Shown here: positions 44,067 through 53,255 of the stretch, in pieces
How the letters are laid out: every line of letters begins with the position of its first letter
Numbering within the stretch: the first letter of the stretch is position 1
IMG/VR virus record: IMGVR_UViG_3300035670_000138
Coordinates: 1 to 64,000 of that record
Strand: one strand, 5' to 3'
Length of the DNA stretch: 64,000 bases
From: a virus
Taxonomy: Duplodnaviria; Heunggongvirae; Uroviricota; Caudoviricetes
Program-made: the position numbers and the translations under genes
Notes under the pieces: generated by a model
The model's database searches: none
Told to the model about the DNA's origin: nothing
What the model saw: the letters and a program-made list of their open reading frames with translations, nothing else

Positions 44067-44115
44067 ATACCAAAAAAATGTAATAAATTTTCATTTTTCC
44101 AGTATTTCTAATATG

Positions 44116-44637
44116 TTATATTATACTAAAGATTGGATTAATTCCGTTTTTCTTAAGTATATTACGTATTTGTGACGGTTTTATTAAATCAGGGCTATAA
44201 CCTGAGTAATTCTTGCAAATATAAGGAATTACATCTCTATATACCAATTCTGAACAATTCTGTCCGTCCTTAAATGGGTTAGTCGATTTTATTCCCAATC
44301 TCTTTAATTTATCAACTATAAATATACCTATATTCTGCAACATTCCATAATGTTCGCCACAGTTATCAAGAAGGTTATTTCTCATTAAATTATATGTTTC
44401 ATCATCAAGACTTACTTCATATGATTCCATTATCTCATTTTTATTTAAAAAACGAGTAATTGATATAAAGCTAACTCCTGAGCCTATTACTGAATGATAA
44501 ATAAAGTTCTGGTTTAAATGAGGAGTATCAAACTCTATAGAAACATGAGATACAGGGATACCTTCATACCATTGTAAAAGCTTGGAGAATATAGCTCCTT
44601 GTTTATTTCTAGTAAAATGTATTTTAAATGTTTTCAT
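44116..44637 (-). CDS. permuted papain-like (NlpC/P60 superfamily, YiiX/YaeF-type) putative amidase/peptidase
   Basis: The order His then Cys fits the permuted family: GIPVSHVSIEF, then a C-terminal GQNCSELVYRDV (CSELV is the Cys motif). Confidence 0.4.
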   Translation of the reverse strand: MKTFKIHFTRNKQGAIFSKLLQWYEGIPVSHVSIEFDTPHLNQNFIYHSVIGSGVSFISITRFLNKNEIMESYEVSLDDETYNLMRNNLLDNCGEHYGMLQNIGIFIVDKLKRLGIKSTNPFKDGQNCSELVYRDVIPYICKNYSGYSPDLIKPSQIRNILKKNGINPIFSII

Positions 44638-44638
44638 A

Positions 44639-45376
44639 TTAAGCTTTATATAGATCCATTCTTATTTGTATTTTATGTGTAACACCTGCATCGTGTTTTA
44701 TTATATACTGAAATCTATTTGTAGGAAAAGGAACTCCTACGGTATTATATTTAATGTATTTAGAAGCTCTGCCATCAGTTTCAGACTCTTCGAAGTATCT
44801 AAGATTCATTCCTCCTTCAACAAAGCTAACTACGCTTATTTCACTGTAATTATTTAATTCGTTATATACTCCGGCAGTTACCCACATTCTAATATCAGAA
44901 GAAGCAGGGTTTATTTGAGATATTCTCCCCGATACTATTTCAAAATCAATCGCTCTTTTCATTGTTACTACAGTTTTAACTGTGTTTTCAGTAACGTTAG
45001 TTATTTGATTATTTGAGTCATATCTATGAACAACTATTTCATTTAAGTTATTACCATTTCTGTCGTGATTGTGGCAAGTACCTGTAGCAGTTTCTATTTC
45101 AAAAAAGTATGCTTGATAATGCCACCCCTTGTTGGTAGCGGCTAGTCTAGTAACCTGCCTTCCGTCACTATCTACTTCAATTGGTCTATTCCCTAAGCTT
45201 TTGTAATTAGCTTCAAACTCTGTAATATCTGCAGAATTAGGAATTAAATAACATTTTACAATAAGACCGTTATATGACACATATAATGAATAGGATAAAT
45301 CATCAGCCTGAACATACACCCAACCTATTGACGTACCTAATAATTGTTTAAATTCTGCCCAAGTTACTTCTATCAT
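44639..45376 (-). CDS. hypothetical structural-module protein (245 aa)
   Basis: ORF. Confidence 0.45.
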   Translation of the reverse strand: MIEVTWAEFKQLLGTSIGWVYVQADDLSYSLYVSYNGLIVKCYLIPNSADITEFEANYKSLGNRPIEVDSDGRQVTRLAATNKGWHYQAYFFEIETATGTCHNHDRNGNNLNEIVVHRYDSNNQITNVTENTVKTVVTMKRAIDFEIVSGRISQINPASSDIRMWVTAGVYNELNNYSEISVVSFVEGGMNLRYFEESETDGRASKYIKYNTVGVPFPTNRFQYIIKHDAGVTHKIQIRMDLYKA

Positions 45377-47082
45377 GTGTTTTCACCCCAAATTAAAGAC
45401 GCTGCTGCTGCAACCGTTCCGTTTGTAGCTCTTACTGAAATAGTTAACACATCATCGTTACTCATAATTAAATCAAATGGAGTTAAATCTATTGTAATAT
45501 TTGAACTTTTAGAAAGAGCTATTGTATATAGTATTTCGCCGTTAGTAACTGTACCTGAATCTGTCGCAGTTATCAGTGTAGTATCTTCATCTGTTGAAAA
45601 CCATTTCAATACTCCAGTAATTGAAGGATTTAATCTGAGTTCGAATATTACAGGGTTAGTAGCTTCAGATGATAAAGTCAGTCCTAGTAGTTTAACGTCT
45701 GAAATGTTTAAAACAGCCCCTGTTACTGTTATTTTTTTAAATGCAAGTAAGTTTGTTAATGAAGTTCCTATACCACTAGTTGATGATATATAAGAGTGGG
45801 TTTTACCCGGAAAGTCTGTTTGGTTTTCATTAAATGCTGACATTGATGCACAGCTAACACTTACATTAGTTGTACTACCCATACTTGCAGCAATAATTCC
45901 TAATTTAAAATGAGGAATATCTAATGATGGTGAAGTATTTGCGTTAGCATAATTTATTCTATGAACTAATATAAAATTTCCATTATTGGGATTTTCCACA
46001 TAAAATCGAATTGCTCCATATCCTAAATATTGTAACTGTATTTGATATACATTCCCTTTTTGTGGATTTAAAATAAAAGGATCGTCAGAAGTTGTTAGTG
46101 TTGTTATATTCCAGTTACTTTGCGAAATAAATTCTTCTATCTCAGTCAATCCTGCAGCAGTTTGTGCAAATGTACCTGCTAGGTTTCCCGTTGAAGTTAA
46201 TGAATAAGTGTTACTCTTTGCCCCTGTACCTGTACTCTGAAATAACACAGTACTTCCTATATTGTAAGCATTCCATCCTGTAAAAGAACCTTGAGCTATT
46301 TCATATGCGTTTTGTTCAATAGATGAGTTTGTTACTGATATATTATAAGCAACTCCATTTAATGTTACCGTTGCTGTTTGTGAGCTTGTTGCTCTTTGAG
46401 TTATTGTTAATGTTCTTATTTCTGGTCGTCCGCCTGTCTTTTTTAAGATACCAAATGTTGTTCCTGAATAACCAAAAGCTAATTCATTTCCAATATTATT
46501 AAATCCTGCTCTTAGTATTGAGTTTGCAACTGGAGTTGAGAATTTAGCAGTAAATCTAGCTAAGCTCCCGATACCTCCGTGATAGTCTAATACTTTTTTA
46601 CTTCTTAAAACTCCGTAACCTCCAACAGAGGTTCCAGATTCAACTTCGAACTCTCTTCCCGGAGCATGGTCATGAATACCTGCAAAAGATCCTGTTCCGC
46701 TTGTGTATGTCTCAATTGTTCTTTCAAGAAGACCTTTTGATGCACTAACGTTTACATATGGAGATAGTTGAGCGGTTAAAATTTCACCAAAAGCAGAGTT
46801 AGGTGTATCTATTTTTACAGGATTTGTTGTATCATTATTTATAGAGATAGATTGAGGAAATATTCCTTTAATTAAGTCTATACCGTCAGATATTGATAAG
46901 TCAAAAGATCCGTCGTTTACAACTAAATTACCTGCTCCAACTTCAGTTATAACATCACTAGATGCTGCCCAAAGTAAATAATCCTGTGGCGGTATTGTAT
47001 ACTGACTTGAATTGTTTATTGTTATACCTGTATCGCTTACTGTAATATTCGATCCTGAATCATTTTTTAATATTTTACTCAT
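45373..47082 (-). CDS. hypothetical structural protein (569 aa)
   Basis: ORF. It is S/T/N-rich and predicted β-rich. Confidence 0.45.
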   Translation of the reverse strand: MSKILKNDSGSNITVSDTGITINNSSQYTIPPQDYLLWAASSDVITEVGAGNLVVNDGSFDLSISDGIDLIKGIFPQSISINNDTTNPVKIDTPNSAFGEILTAQLSPYVNVSASKGLLERTIETYTSGTGSFAGIHDHAPGREFEVESGTSVGGYGVLRSKKVLDYHGGIGSLARFTAKFSTPVANSILRAGFNNIGNELAFGYSGTTFGILKKTGGRPEIRTLTITQRATSSQTATVTLNGVAYNISVTNSSIEQNAYEIAQGSFTGWNAYNIGSTVLFQSTGTGAKSNTYSLTSTGNLAGTFAQTAAGLTEIEEFISQSNWNITTLTTSDDPFILNPQKGNVYQIQLQYLGYGAIRFYVENPNNGNFILVHRINYANANTSPSLDIPHFKLGIIAASMGSTTNVSVSCASMSAFNENQTDFPGKTHSYISSTSGIGTSLTNLLAFKKITVTGAVLNISDVKLLGLTLSSEATNPVIFELRLNPSITGVLKWFSTDEDTTLITATDSGTVTNGEILYTIALSKSSNITIDLTPFDLIMSNDDVLTISVRATNGTVAAAASLIWGENT

Positions 47083-47567
47083 TATGATTGTCCTATTAGA
47101 GTAACGTCTACCCCTAAATTTTTAGCAGATCCTGCTGTTATTCTTACTGCTAATTGTCTTCCTTGGGTTGCTATTACTTCTCCAAAGTCTAGAACGGTAA
47201 AGCTTCCTGTTCTTGCTGAAACCACGCTTACTGTTGCTAATAACGTTAAGTTTATTTCATTACCTTCATGCTCATATATACCTATATCAAATGTGCTTAT
47301 GTCTTCATTACCTATATCTATTTGTTTTAGTTTAGGGTTATTTATACCCATTGTAACACCTGTTTTATTACTAGGAACGCTTCCTGTTCTAAGTAGCCAT
47401 GTTCCTGATGTTACGTTTCCTGATCTACCAAATCCGAATCCCGGGCTTGCAGATACTCCAATTTCTTCAATTGCATCTTGTACGTTTGTTGCTTCAAATT
47501 CATTAGTGGAATTATCAAACGGAGTACTTCTTGCAACTTGTGTGGACGCTCCTCTTCTTGTACTCAT
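47082..47567 (-). CDS. hypothetical structural protein (161 aa)
   Basis: ORF. Confidence 0.45.
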   Translation of the reverse strand: MSTRRGASTQVARSTPFDNSTNEFEATNVQDAIEEIGVSASPGFGFGRSGNVTSGTWLLRTGSVPSNKTGVTMGINNPKLKQIDIGNEDISTFDIGIYEHEGNEINLTLLATVSVVSARTGSFTVLDFGEVIATQGRQLAVRITAGSAKNLGVDVTLIGQS

Positions 47568-47852
47568 TTAAGATACCTCTGTAATTCGTACATCAATAGT
47601 TCCTGAAGCTGCGACAATCCATACCGGAAGTTCGTCTGTAGCCTCTAATGGGAATACTTGTCCTTGATATATTTTAGTCCCCGTTAAAGATGTAACTGAA
47701 TCACTATACCCGAAGTATACATCTCCGTTTAACGGCTGAATAGTTAAAACATTTCTTTCTTCAAGTCTAGAAGCTCCGACTTTAACTTCTTGCGGAGTTG
47801 TTGTAACAGATAATGCTCCATGTACTGCAGGACCATTTAAAGGTATAAACAT
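47568..47852 (-). CDS. hypothetical structural protein (94 aa)
   Basis: ORF. Confidence 0.4.
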   Translation of the reverse strand: MFIPLNGPAVHGALSVTTTPQEVKVGASRLEERNVLTIQPLNGDVYFGYSDSVTSLTGTKIYQGQVFPLEATDELPVWIVAASGTIDVRITEVS

Positions 47853-48073
47853 TACTTTTTAACCTTTTCTTTTTCAACTTTAGGTTCAATTACTCTTTTG
47901 ATTTCTAATATATTCGAATCTACTTTAGGTAGTAGATCTTTTTGCATATAACTTAATAGTCCGAAGTATTTAATAACTTCTTGAGTGTTCATTTCAAATT
48001 TAGCCTTTTGAGCTACAAAATTAAGAAACTCCACGATTTTTTCTTTGTCTTTATCGTTAAATTTATTTTCCAT
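47852..48073 (-). CDS. hypothetical protein (73 aa); first gene after an internal promoter
   Basis: ORF with SD aaggaa on the - strand. Confidence 0.4.
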   Translation of the reverse strand: MENKFNDKDKEKIVEFLNFVAQKAKFEMNTQEVIKYFGLLSYMQKDLLPKVDSNILEIKRVIEPKVEKEKVKK

Positions 48074-48093
48074 AATTTCCTTTTTTATTATAC

Positions 48094-48122
48094 ATTATAA
48101 CATAAAAGAGGGAGTTTGTCAA
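48094..48122 (-). promoter_or_regulatory. sigma70-like promoter on the - strand: TTGACA, 17-nt spacer, TATAAT
   Basis: Both hexamers are perfect. The -35 sits in the loop of the terminator hairpin. Confidence 0.45.
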
Positions 48123-48131
48123 CCCCCTCCC
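48101..48131 (-). terminator. intrinsic terminator (- strand: GGGAGgggg-ttgacaaa-CTCCC followed by TCTTTTAT)
   Basis: A GC-rich stem is followed by a U-run, immediately after the stop of 48141..49067. Confidence 0.5.
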
Positions 48132-48140
48132 TTAAATTAA

Positions 48141-49067
48141 TTAAGATAATTCTAGAGTTCTAATTTCTTGACCTAGAGTAGACGCTACAAATTCAATGTC
48201 AACAGAAGATCCTGCTCTCATTTCAAGCATAGCTTGTGGAGCTAAAGGAAATCCGTTAGCAGCAGTTACACCTGACTGACCAATGTATACTAATTTGTTT
48301 GAGTTATTCAATACAAATAAGTATTTTCTGTTAGCCAATGGTGAAGCGATGATGTTTTCAGCAACGTTAGCAGCATCTAAAGCGTTAGCTGTAGCTGCGA
48401 TAGCTGTGTTTGCAATAGCAACATCTTGAATTGATAGAGGTACTGATTGAACAATGTTAACGTCTAGAGCTTGATCTGCACCTACTAAAGTAGAAGTTAA
48501 CGCAGTTCCTGCACCGTCAAATAAGTGAGAAGCAACTGAATCTTGAGCAGCAGATAAATCTCTGATGTCTAAATCTGTAGCAGATACCACAGCGTTGATA
48601 GACCCGTCAACATTTACAGCTAAGAAGTCAGTACCATCACCAATTTTAATAGAATCGCTGACATGGCTAATGTCACGGATGTCTAAATCAGTAGCTTGTA
48701 CTGTCACAGTGTTTGTAATGCTGTCAATTGTCCATGTTCCACCTTGGTGAGCAGTTACTGAATCTGTTGCGAAAGCTAAGTCTCTGATGTCTAAATCTGT
48801 AGCAGTTACTACAGCATTAATAGATCCATCAACGTTAACTTCCATAAAGTCAGTCCCGTCGCCAATTTTAACTGAATCGTCTACGTGAGATAAGTCTACC
48901 TCAACGTTAACACCATCAGCAATACTAACGTCTAATGCTTTCTTTCCACCTACAGTACTATGCGTTAACAAAGTTCCGTCAGATGAACGTAAGAAAGCTC
49001 CTACGCTGTCACTTGCTGCAATAGTATCAACGTCTGTTACGTCAAATACTAATTTCATTTTACTCAT
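48141..49067 (-). CDS. structural protein with an internal tandem repeat (2x about 38 aa, KIGDGTDF-x-VNVDGSINAVV-x-ATDLDIRDL)
   Basis: Repeats lie at aa 60-97 and aa 134-171. The gene is followed by a terminator, which suggests high expression. Confidence 0.5.
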   Translation of the reverse strand: MSKMKLVFDVTDVDTIAASDSVGAFLRSSDGTLLTHSTVGGKKALDVSIADGVNVEVDLSHVDDSVKIGDGTDFMEVNVDGSINAVVTATDLDIRDLAFATDSVTAHQGGTWTIDSITNTVTVQATDLDIRDISHVSDSIKIGDGTDFLAVNVDGSINAVVSATDLDIRDLSAAQDSVASHLFDGAGTALTSTLVGADQALDVNIVQSVPLSIQDVAIANTAIAATANALDAANVAENIIASPLANRKYLFVLNNSNKLVYIGQSGVTAANGFPLAPQAMLEMRAGSSVDIEFVASTLGQEIRTLELS

Positions 49068-49099
49068 TATTTCCTCCTATAAACCCCTAACATTAGGGA

Positions 49100-50113
49100 T
49101 TATTTCCAAGTTACTATTTCCATTACCATGTTTGCTTTTGGTGCAGTAAAGTATAAAGTTTCTTTACCTGCAATTATTTGAAGATTATTCTCTTCATATA
49201 CAACACCATAACCTTTACTTAAATAAGCTCCTGCTGATACCCAAGACACTGTGTAAGTACTCTTACTGTCTCTAATATTCATTTGGAAGCGTTTAGTATC
49301 TAAAGGTAAAGCTAAGCTATATTCAGTTCCTGCAACAGGCATACTTACGTTATAAACCGAAGGATCTTTCGATATAATCGGATCAAGGCTTACAACCGAT
49401 GTTACAGTTATTTCATCTCTTTCTACGTCAAAACTTGCAGTATAAGGGTTATATAATAATCCCTTTAATTTATTCCCGTTATAAACAGGACTTCCATCTA
49501 AGTCGTAGGTTAATTCAACTTCGCCTACAAGGAAAGAACTTCCTTCTTTAAGTCTTGTTACTAAGAATCCTGTAGTACCTACGTCTAAAGGATCTGTCTC
49601 TCCAAACTGAAAATATTCTACATCTACTTTATTCGAGATTATTTCATCATTTATTACTACAAACTCTGTAGTATTGCTAATTACTGACTTTAACGTAAAT
49701 GCAACAAGTGCAGCAGGATCGTTATTATTTAAGTCTACTTGTATCTCTACATCTCCGATTCCGGGGGCTGTACCTACTCCTGATACCTTAAACCAAAATA
49801 CATAACTCTTTTTACTTATAGATTCCTGAAGAATCATATAAGTACCTGCTAAATCACCTCCAACATCAGCTCTAACCGTTATTCTGTCCTGAGTAGGATC
49901 GGTTGCCTGATAATATTCAACTTTTGTTGGTCTATCATTTACGTCCAATGTCTGAACGAAATGAGTATACGCATCTTTTAATATCGCATTAGTATCATAC
50001 TGTCTATAAGCAGACTGAAGCTCCGAGAATGCCATCTTCTGCGTCTGTGAGCCGTCAAATTGCGAGTTTTTGACGTTTCTAAAGTCTAACTTATTGTCCT
50101 TCTTATTGCTCAT
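49100..50113 (-). CDS. hypothetical structural protein (337 aa)
   Basis: ORF. Confidence 0.45.
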   Translation of the reverse strand: MSNKKDNKLDFRNVKNSQFDGSQTQKMAFSELQSAYRQYDTNAILKDAYTHFVQTLDVNDRPTKVEYYQATDPTQDRITVRADVGGDLAGTYMILQESISKKSYVFWFKVSGVGTAPGIGDVEIQVDLNNNDPAALVAFTLKSVISNTTEFVVINDEIISNKVDVEYFQFGETDPLDVGTTGFLVTRLKEGSSFLVGEVELTYDLDGSPVYNGNKLKGLLYNPYTASFDVERDEITVTSVVSLDPIISKDPSVYNVSMPVAGTEYSLALPLDTKRFQMNIRDSKSTYTVSWVSAGAYLSKGYGVVYEENNLQIIAGKETLYFTAPKANMVMEIVTWK

Positions 50114-52155
50114 TAAATCCCCGTAACAGCAGCTCTAAATTTTACATCCATCGAAACGAACCCCGTGTAAATAGGGCTAGAGTAAATAATTTGTCCTGAA
50201 TTGTTTATGTTAAAATCAACGTTAGTATCATCACCTCTTGACTCTACAGTAATTTCCCAAGAAGCACCTTTCTGTATACCTCTTATTTCAAATTCTTCGT
50301 ATAAATCAGTGTCTGCATCAACTACAACGCTAACTTGAGCGTTAAACGATCGTACAGAGCCATTTGCAAAAGCGAACCCTGTAACGTTAGCTGAAGATGC
50401 TCCAGATGCTCCCGAGAATGATGTTTCACTTAAGTCGCCTGAACTAGATAATGAAATCCCTGATAAGAAATTAGCTCTTGTCATCTTCTTTCTAGCAGAA
50501 GCTGAATTATCCCAAATTAAGATCTCATCGGCATTGTCGGCAGAAGTTTCAGCAGTAGTTCCGTTAATATCAACAACTAAAGATCTAGTTGCAGTTATGT
50601 TACCGCCACCAGATAGTCCGGAATTTGCAGCCGTTTGAATTTCAACAGTACTATGATCTACGTGTTCATTAGATACAAAGTCTGCTAAAGAATCGTGACT
50701 AACCCCTGCAGGAATAACTGCAGCAGTAATTGTGTTATTTACGTCGTCATATGTTAAGTCGACGCTCGAAGAATCTACAAGTATTCCTCCTACAGCATCT
50801 TGAGCTTTTTCATTTGTGAAGTATAAATTAGTACCTTCAGCAATATCTGTTGTACTTTTTGTAGCTAATCTTGTGTCAAAATCTCCGTTAAAATTAGCTG
50901 CGATATATTTTTCACTATCTAATTCATTTAATGCAGCTTGAACGTCTGTAGCCACTAAATTTCCTGACGGAACATTTGAGATAGCCGAAGCATCATGAGC
51001 ATCTACTGCGTCGTTAATATGGTTAGTTAAGTCTGAAGCTAACGCTCTAGTATCAATGTCTGATTGTAGTTCATTTAACGCAGCTTGAACGTCTGTTGCT
51101 GCTAAATTACCTGCCGGAGTATTATTAATCTGAGCTGCACTATGCTTGCCCGGATCAGTGTCTATATGGTCCGCTAAAGTAGACTCTGCTGTATCTAGCC
51201 TACCTTCTACTTCGTCTATTGCAGTTTGAACGTTAGTTGCTACTAATCCCGAGCTTATATTACTATAAGATATCTCAGAAGCTTGATCTTTTGTAGCAAT
51301 TTGATCATTTATGTAAGTTTTAATAGCCTGAGATGAAGCTAGATTTGTATCACTAACTGCTCCAGAAATATCTGTCTGGATTACTCCTGCTTTAAAATTA
51401 TCTGTTTCAATATTTGACAATGTGTTATCGTCAACATTGATTGTTTTGTTTAGTAAGGTTTGAGTATGTTGAGTTGTAACTATCTCATGAGCACTTCCTA
51501 CTTCCCCTGCCTTAAATTTCGACTGTAGAGTAGAGTCATACCCAATTAAAGCATCTGTTGCGTCAGACATTTCAATAGTAATACCTGCGTCTTGAGTATC
51601 TGCAGAAGCTTGTGTTCCGTTTTTATTTAGTACTATATTACCATCTTCAACGTCTAAAGTTGTAGAGTTTACTGATGTAGTTGTTCCATTTACAGTTAAA
51701 TTACCATCAATTGTAAGGTCATTAATTCCTGTTACGTTATTTAGATCGTCGACAGTAATAGCAGTAGCTTCAACGTCTATTCCCGAAGTTCCTACCGACT
51801 TAACAAGTTTATTGTCAGTCATAGGTAACGCTGCGTTAATTTTAGTATCTAGTTCATCTTGGATCTTTTGAGAAGACCATAAAGATGAGCTTGTAGTGCT
51901 TGCATCATCTAACGGAGCGTGTTCATCAGCTTCGTAATTAAGCAATGCATCATGGTTGATATTTGCTTCATTAACGTCAATTTCTAGAGTCTCATTTCCG
52001 CCCGGATTAGCTGTAGTTACTGAAACTTTACTAGATCCTTCGACAATTTTATCTTCTAAAAAGCCGGACAATGTATCATCTGCTGACACCTTAGCTTTCT
52101 TATCGTCTGATCCGCTTCCGCCTTCAAATATGGTGATTTTTTTGTAAATACCCAT
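50113..52155 (-). CDS. tail-fibre-like protein (680 aa), modular paralog of 59646..61586
   Basis: It shares the modules TQTLLNKTINVDDNTLSNIETDNFKAGV and ATDVQAALNELQSDIDTRALASDLTNHINDAVDAHDASAISNVPSGNL (the latter twice) with the 646-aa protein. It is T/S/N/D-rich. Confidence 0.55.
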   Translation of the reverse strand: MGIYKKITIFEGGSGSDDKKAKVSADDTLSGFLEDKIVEGSSKVSVTTANPGGNETLEIDVNEANINHDALLNYEADEHAPLDDASTTSSSLWSSQKIQDELDTKINAALPMTDNKLVKSVGTSGIDVEATAITVDDLNNVTGINDLTIDGNLTVNGTTTSVNSTTLDVEDGNIVLNKNGTQASADTQDAGITIEMSDATDALIGYDSTLQSKFKAGEVGSAHEIVTTQHTQTLLNKTINVDDNTLSNIETDNFKAGVIQTDISGAVSDTNLASSQAIKTYINDQIATKDQASEISYSNISSGLVATNVQTAIDEVEGRLDTAESTLADHIDTDPGKHSAAQINNTPAGNLAATDVQAALNELQSDIDTRALASDLTNHINDAVDAHDASAISNVPSGNLVATDVQAALNELDSEKYIAANFNGDFDTRLATKSTTDIAEGTNLYFTNEKAQDAVGGILVDSSSVDLTYDDVNNTITAAVIPAGVSHDSLADFVSNEHVDHSTVEIQTAANSGLSGGGNITATRSLVVDINGTTAETSADNADEILIWDNSASARKKMTRANFLSGISLSSSGDLSETSFSGASGASSANVTGFAFANGSVRSFNAQVSVVVDADTDLYEEFEIRGIQKGASWEITVESRGDDTNVDFNINNSGQIIYSSPIYTGFVSMDVKFRAAVTGI

Positions 52156-52164
52156 TGATTCTCC

Positions 52165-52518
52165 TTAGTGTCTCTTTCTTCCGCTGTAGTTAGCACCTGT
52201 AACGTCTATGCTTCCAGTTCCTGCAAATCTTAATCTAAGATAGCTTGGACCCATTCCTGCAATATCGTATATGATAGTATCAGATGCATTTGTTAGTAAT
52301 TGATCACTATCTGTTACGTCAACAAAAGAGATACCATCTACAGATGTTTGAACATATACTGTTAGGTTTGGAGATATTCCGTTAACATAGTCGATTTGTA
52401 TACCAAATTCAGCTTCTCTATTGTCGATTGTTATAGTCTTTGAAACATAACCATCTTCAACAGTAACAGGACCTTCTATCAGTTTTATCTTTAATATAGC
52501 GTCTAAAACAAATCCCAT
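52165..52518 (-). CDS. hypothetical protein (117 aa)
   Basis: ORF. Confidence 0.4.
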   Translation of the reverse strand: MGFVLDAILKIKLIEGPVTVEDGYVSKTITIDNREAEFGIQIDYVNGISPNLTVYVQTSVDGISFVDVTDSDQLLTNASDTIIYDIAGMGPSYLRLRFAGTGSIDVTGANYSGRKRH

Positions 52519-52520
52519 TT

Positions 52521-53123
52521 TTACTCCAATATTTTGTTAATTTTATCGTTAATCTTTTTAGTTTTACTTATTATACTATTACTTACTTCTATATATTTCT
52601 TTCTGTAAAATTGTTCGAAGTTTTGAAGCTTTAATTTAGTAATTGACTTTAATGTTTCGCCTTTACTAAAGTTTCTAAGATACTCTCTATATTCCCTGAA
52701 AAGCTTCTTAATTTCGGGTTCTAGAGGACAGTCGGCTATTTGCGTAAAATCTGTCTTTTCTAGTATCAAATCTCTTTTATCAGTTAGTAACCTTAGATAT
52801 TCTTCCGGTTCTAATGATGTCTCAGTTTCTTCTATTGTGTAACTATATTCCGGAGGATATGTTACTAAATACTCAATTCCTTCAACTACTGGTAGACCTA
52901 AATCGTCTAGTACTATTTCATATGTAGAAGGATCAAATTTGTATTTCTCAACTTCTTTATATTCAAGGTTTACAGGTTTATTTTCCTGTCTAACCTCTCT
53001 AGCATTTTTACCAAAGTTCTCTTTATTTATATGACCTTGTAGCCAATTTTCAGCGTCAACTTTATTCTCGAACTTTGCCGAGAATTGTCTTCCGTGAATA
53101 TTACTTACCTTTACGTGGAACAT
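52521..53123 (-). CDS. hypothetical protein (200 aa from the ATG; the track's alternative TTG start is at 53150)
   Basis: ORF lying between fibre genes. It may be a fibre assembly factor. Confidence 0.4.
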   Translation of the reverse strand: MFHVKVSNIHGRQFSAKFENKVDAENWLQGHINKENFGKNAREVRQENKPVNLEYKEVEKYKFDPSTYEIVLDDLGLPVVEGIEYLVTYPPEYSYTIEETETSLEPEEYLRLLTDKRDLILEKTDFTQIADCPLEPEIKKLFREYREYLRNFSKGETLKSITKLKLQNFEQFYRKKYIEVSNSIISKTKKINDKINKILE

Positions 53124-53255
53124 TCTTGTCTCTGTTCTTAAAAAATTCAATCTGAGATAATCTACGCAAAGCCTCTTTTTTAGTGTTATAGTCTGAACCG
53201 AGATTTTTTCCCGATTCAGACATCACTTTAAATTTATCGCCTTGTTTCTTTATCA

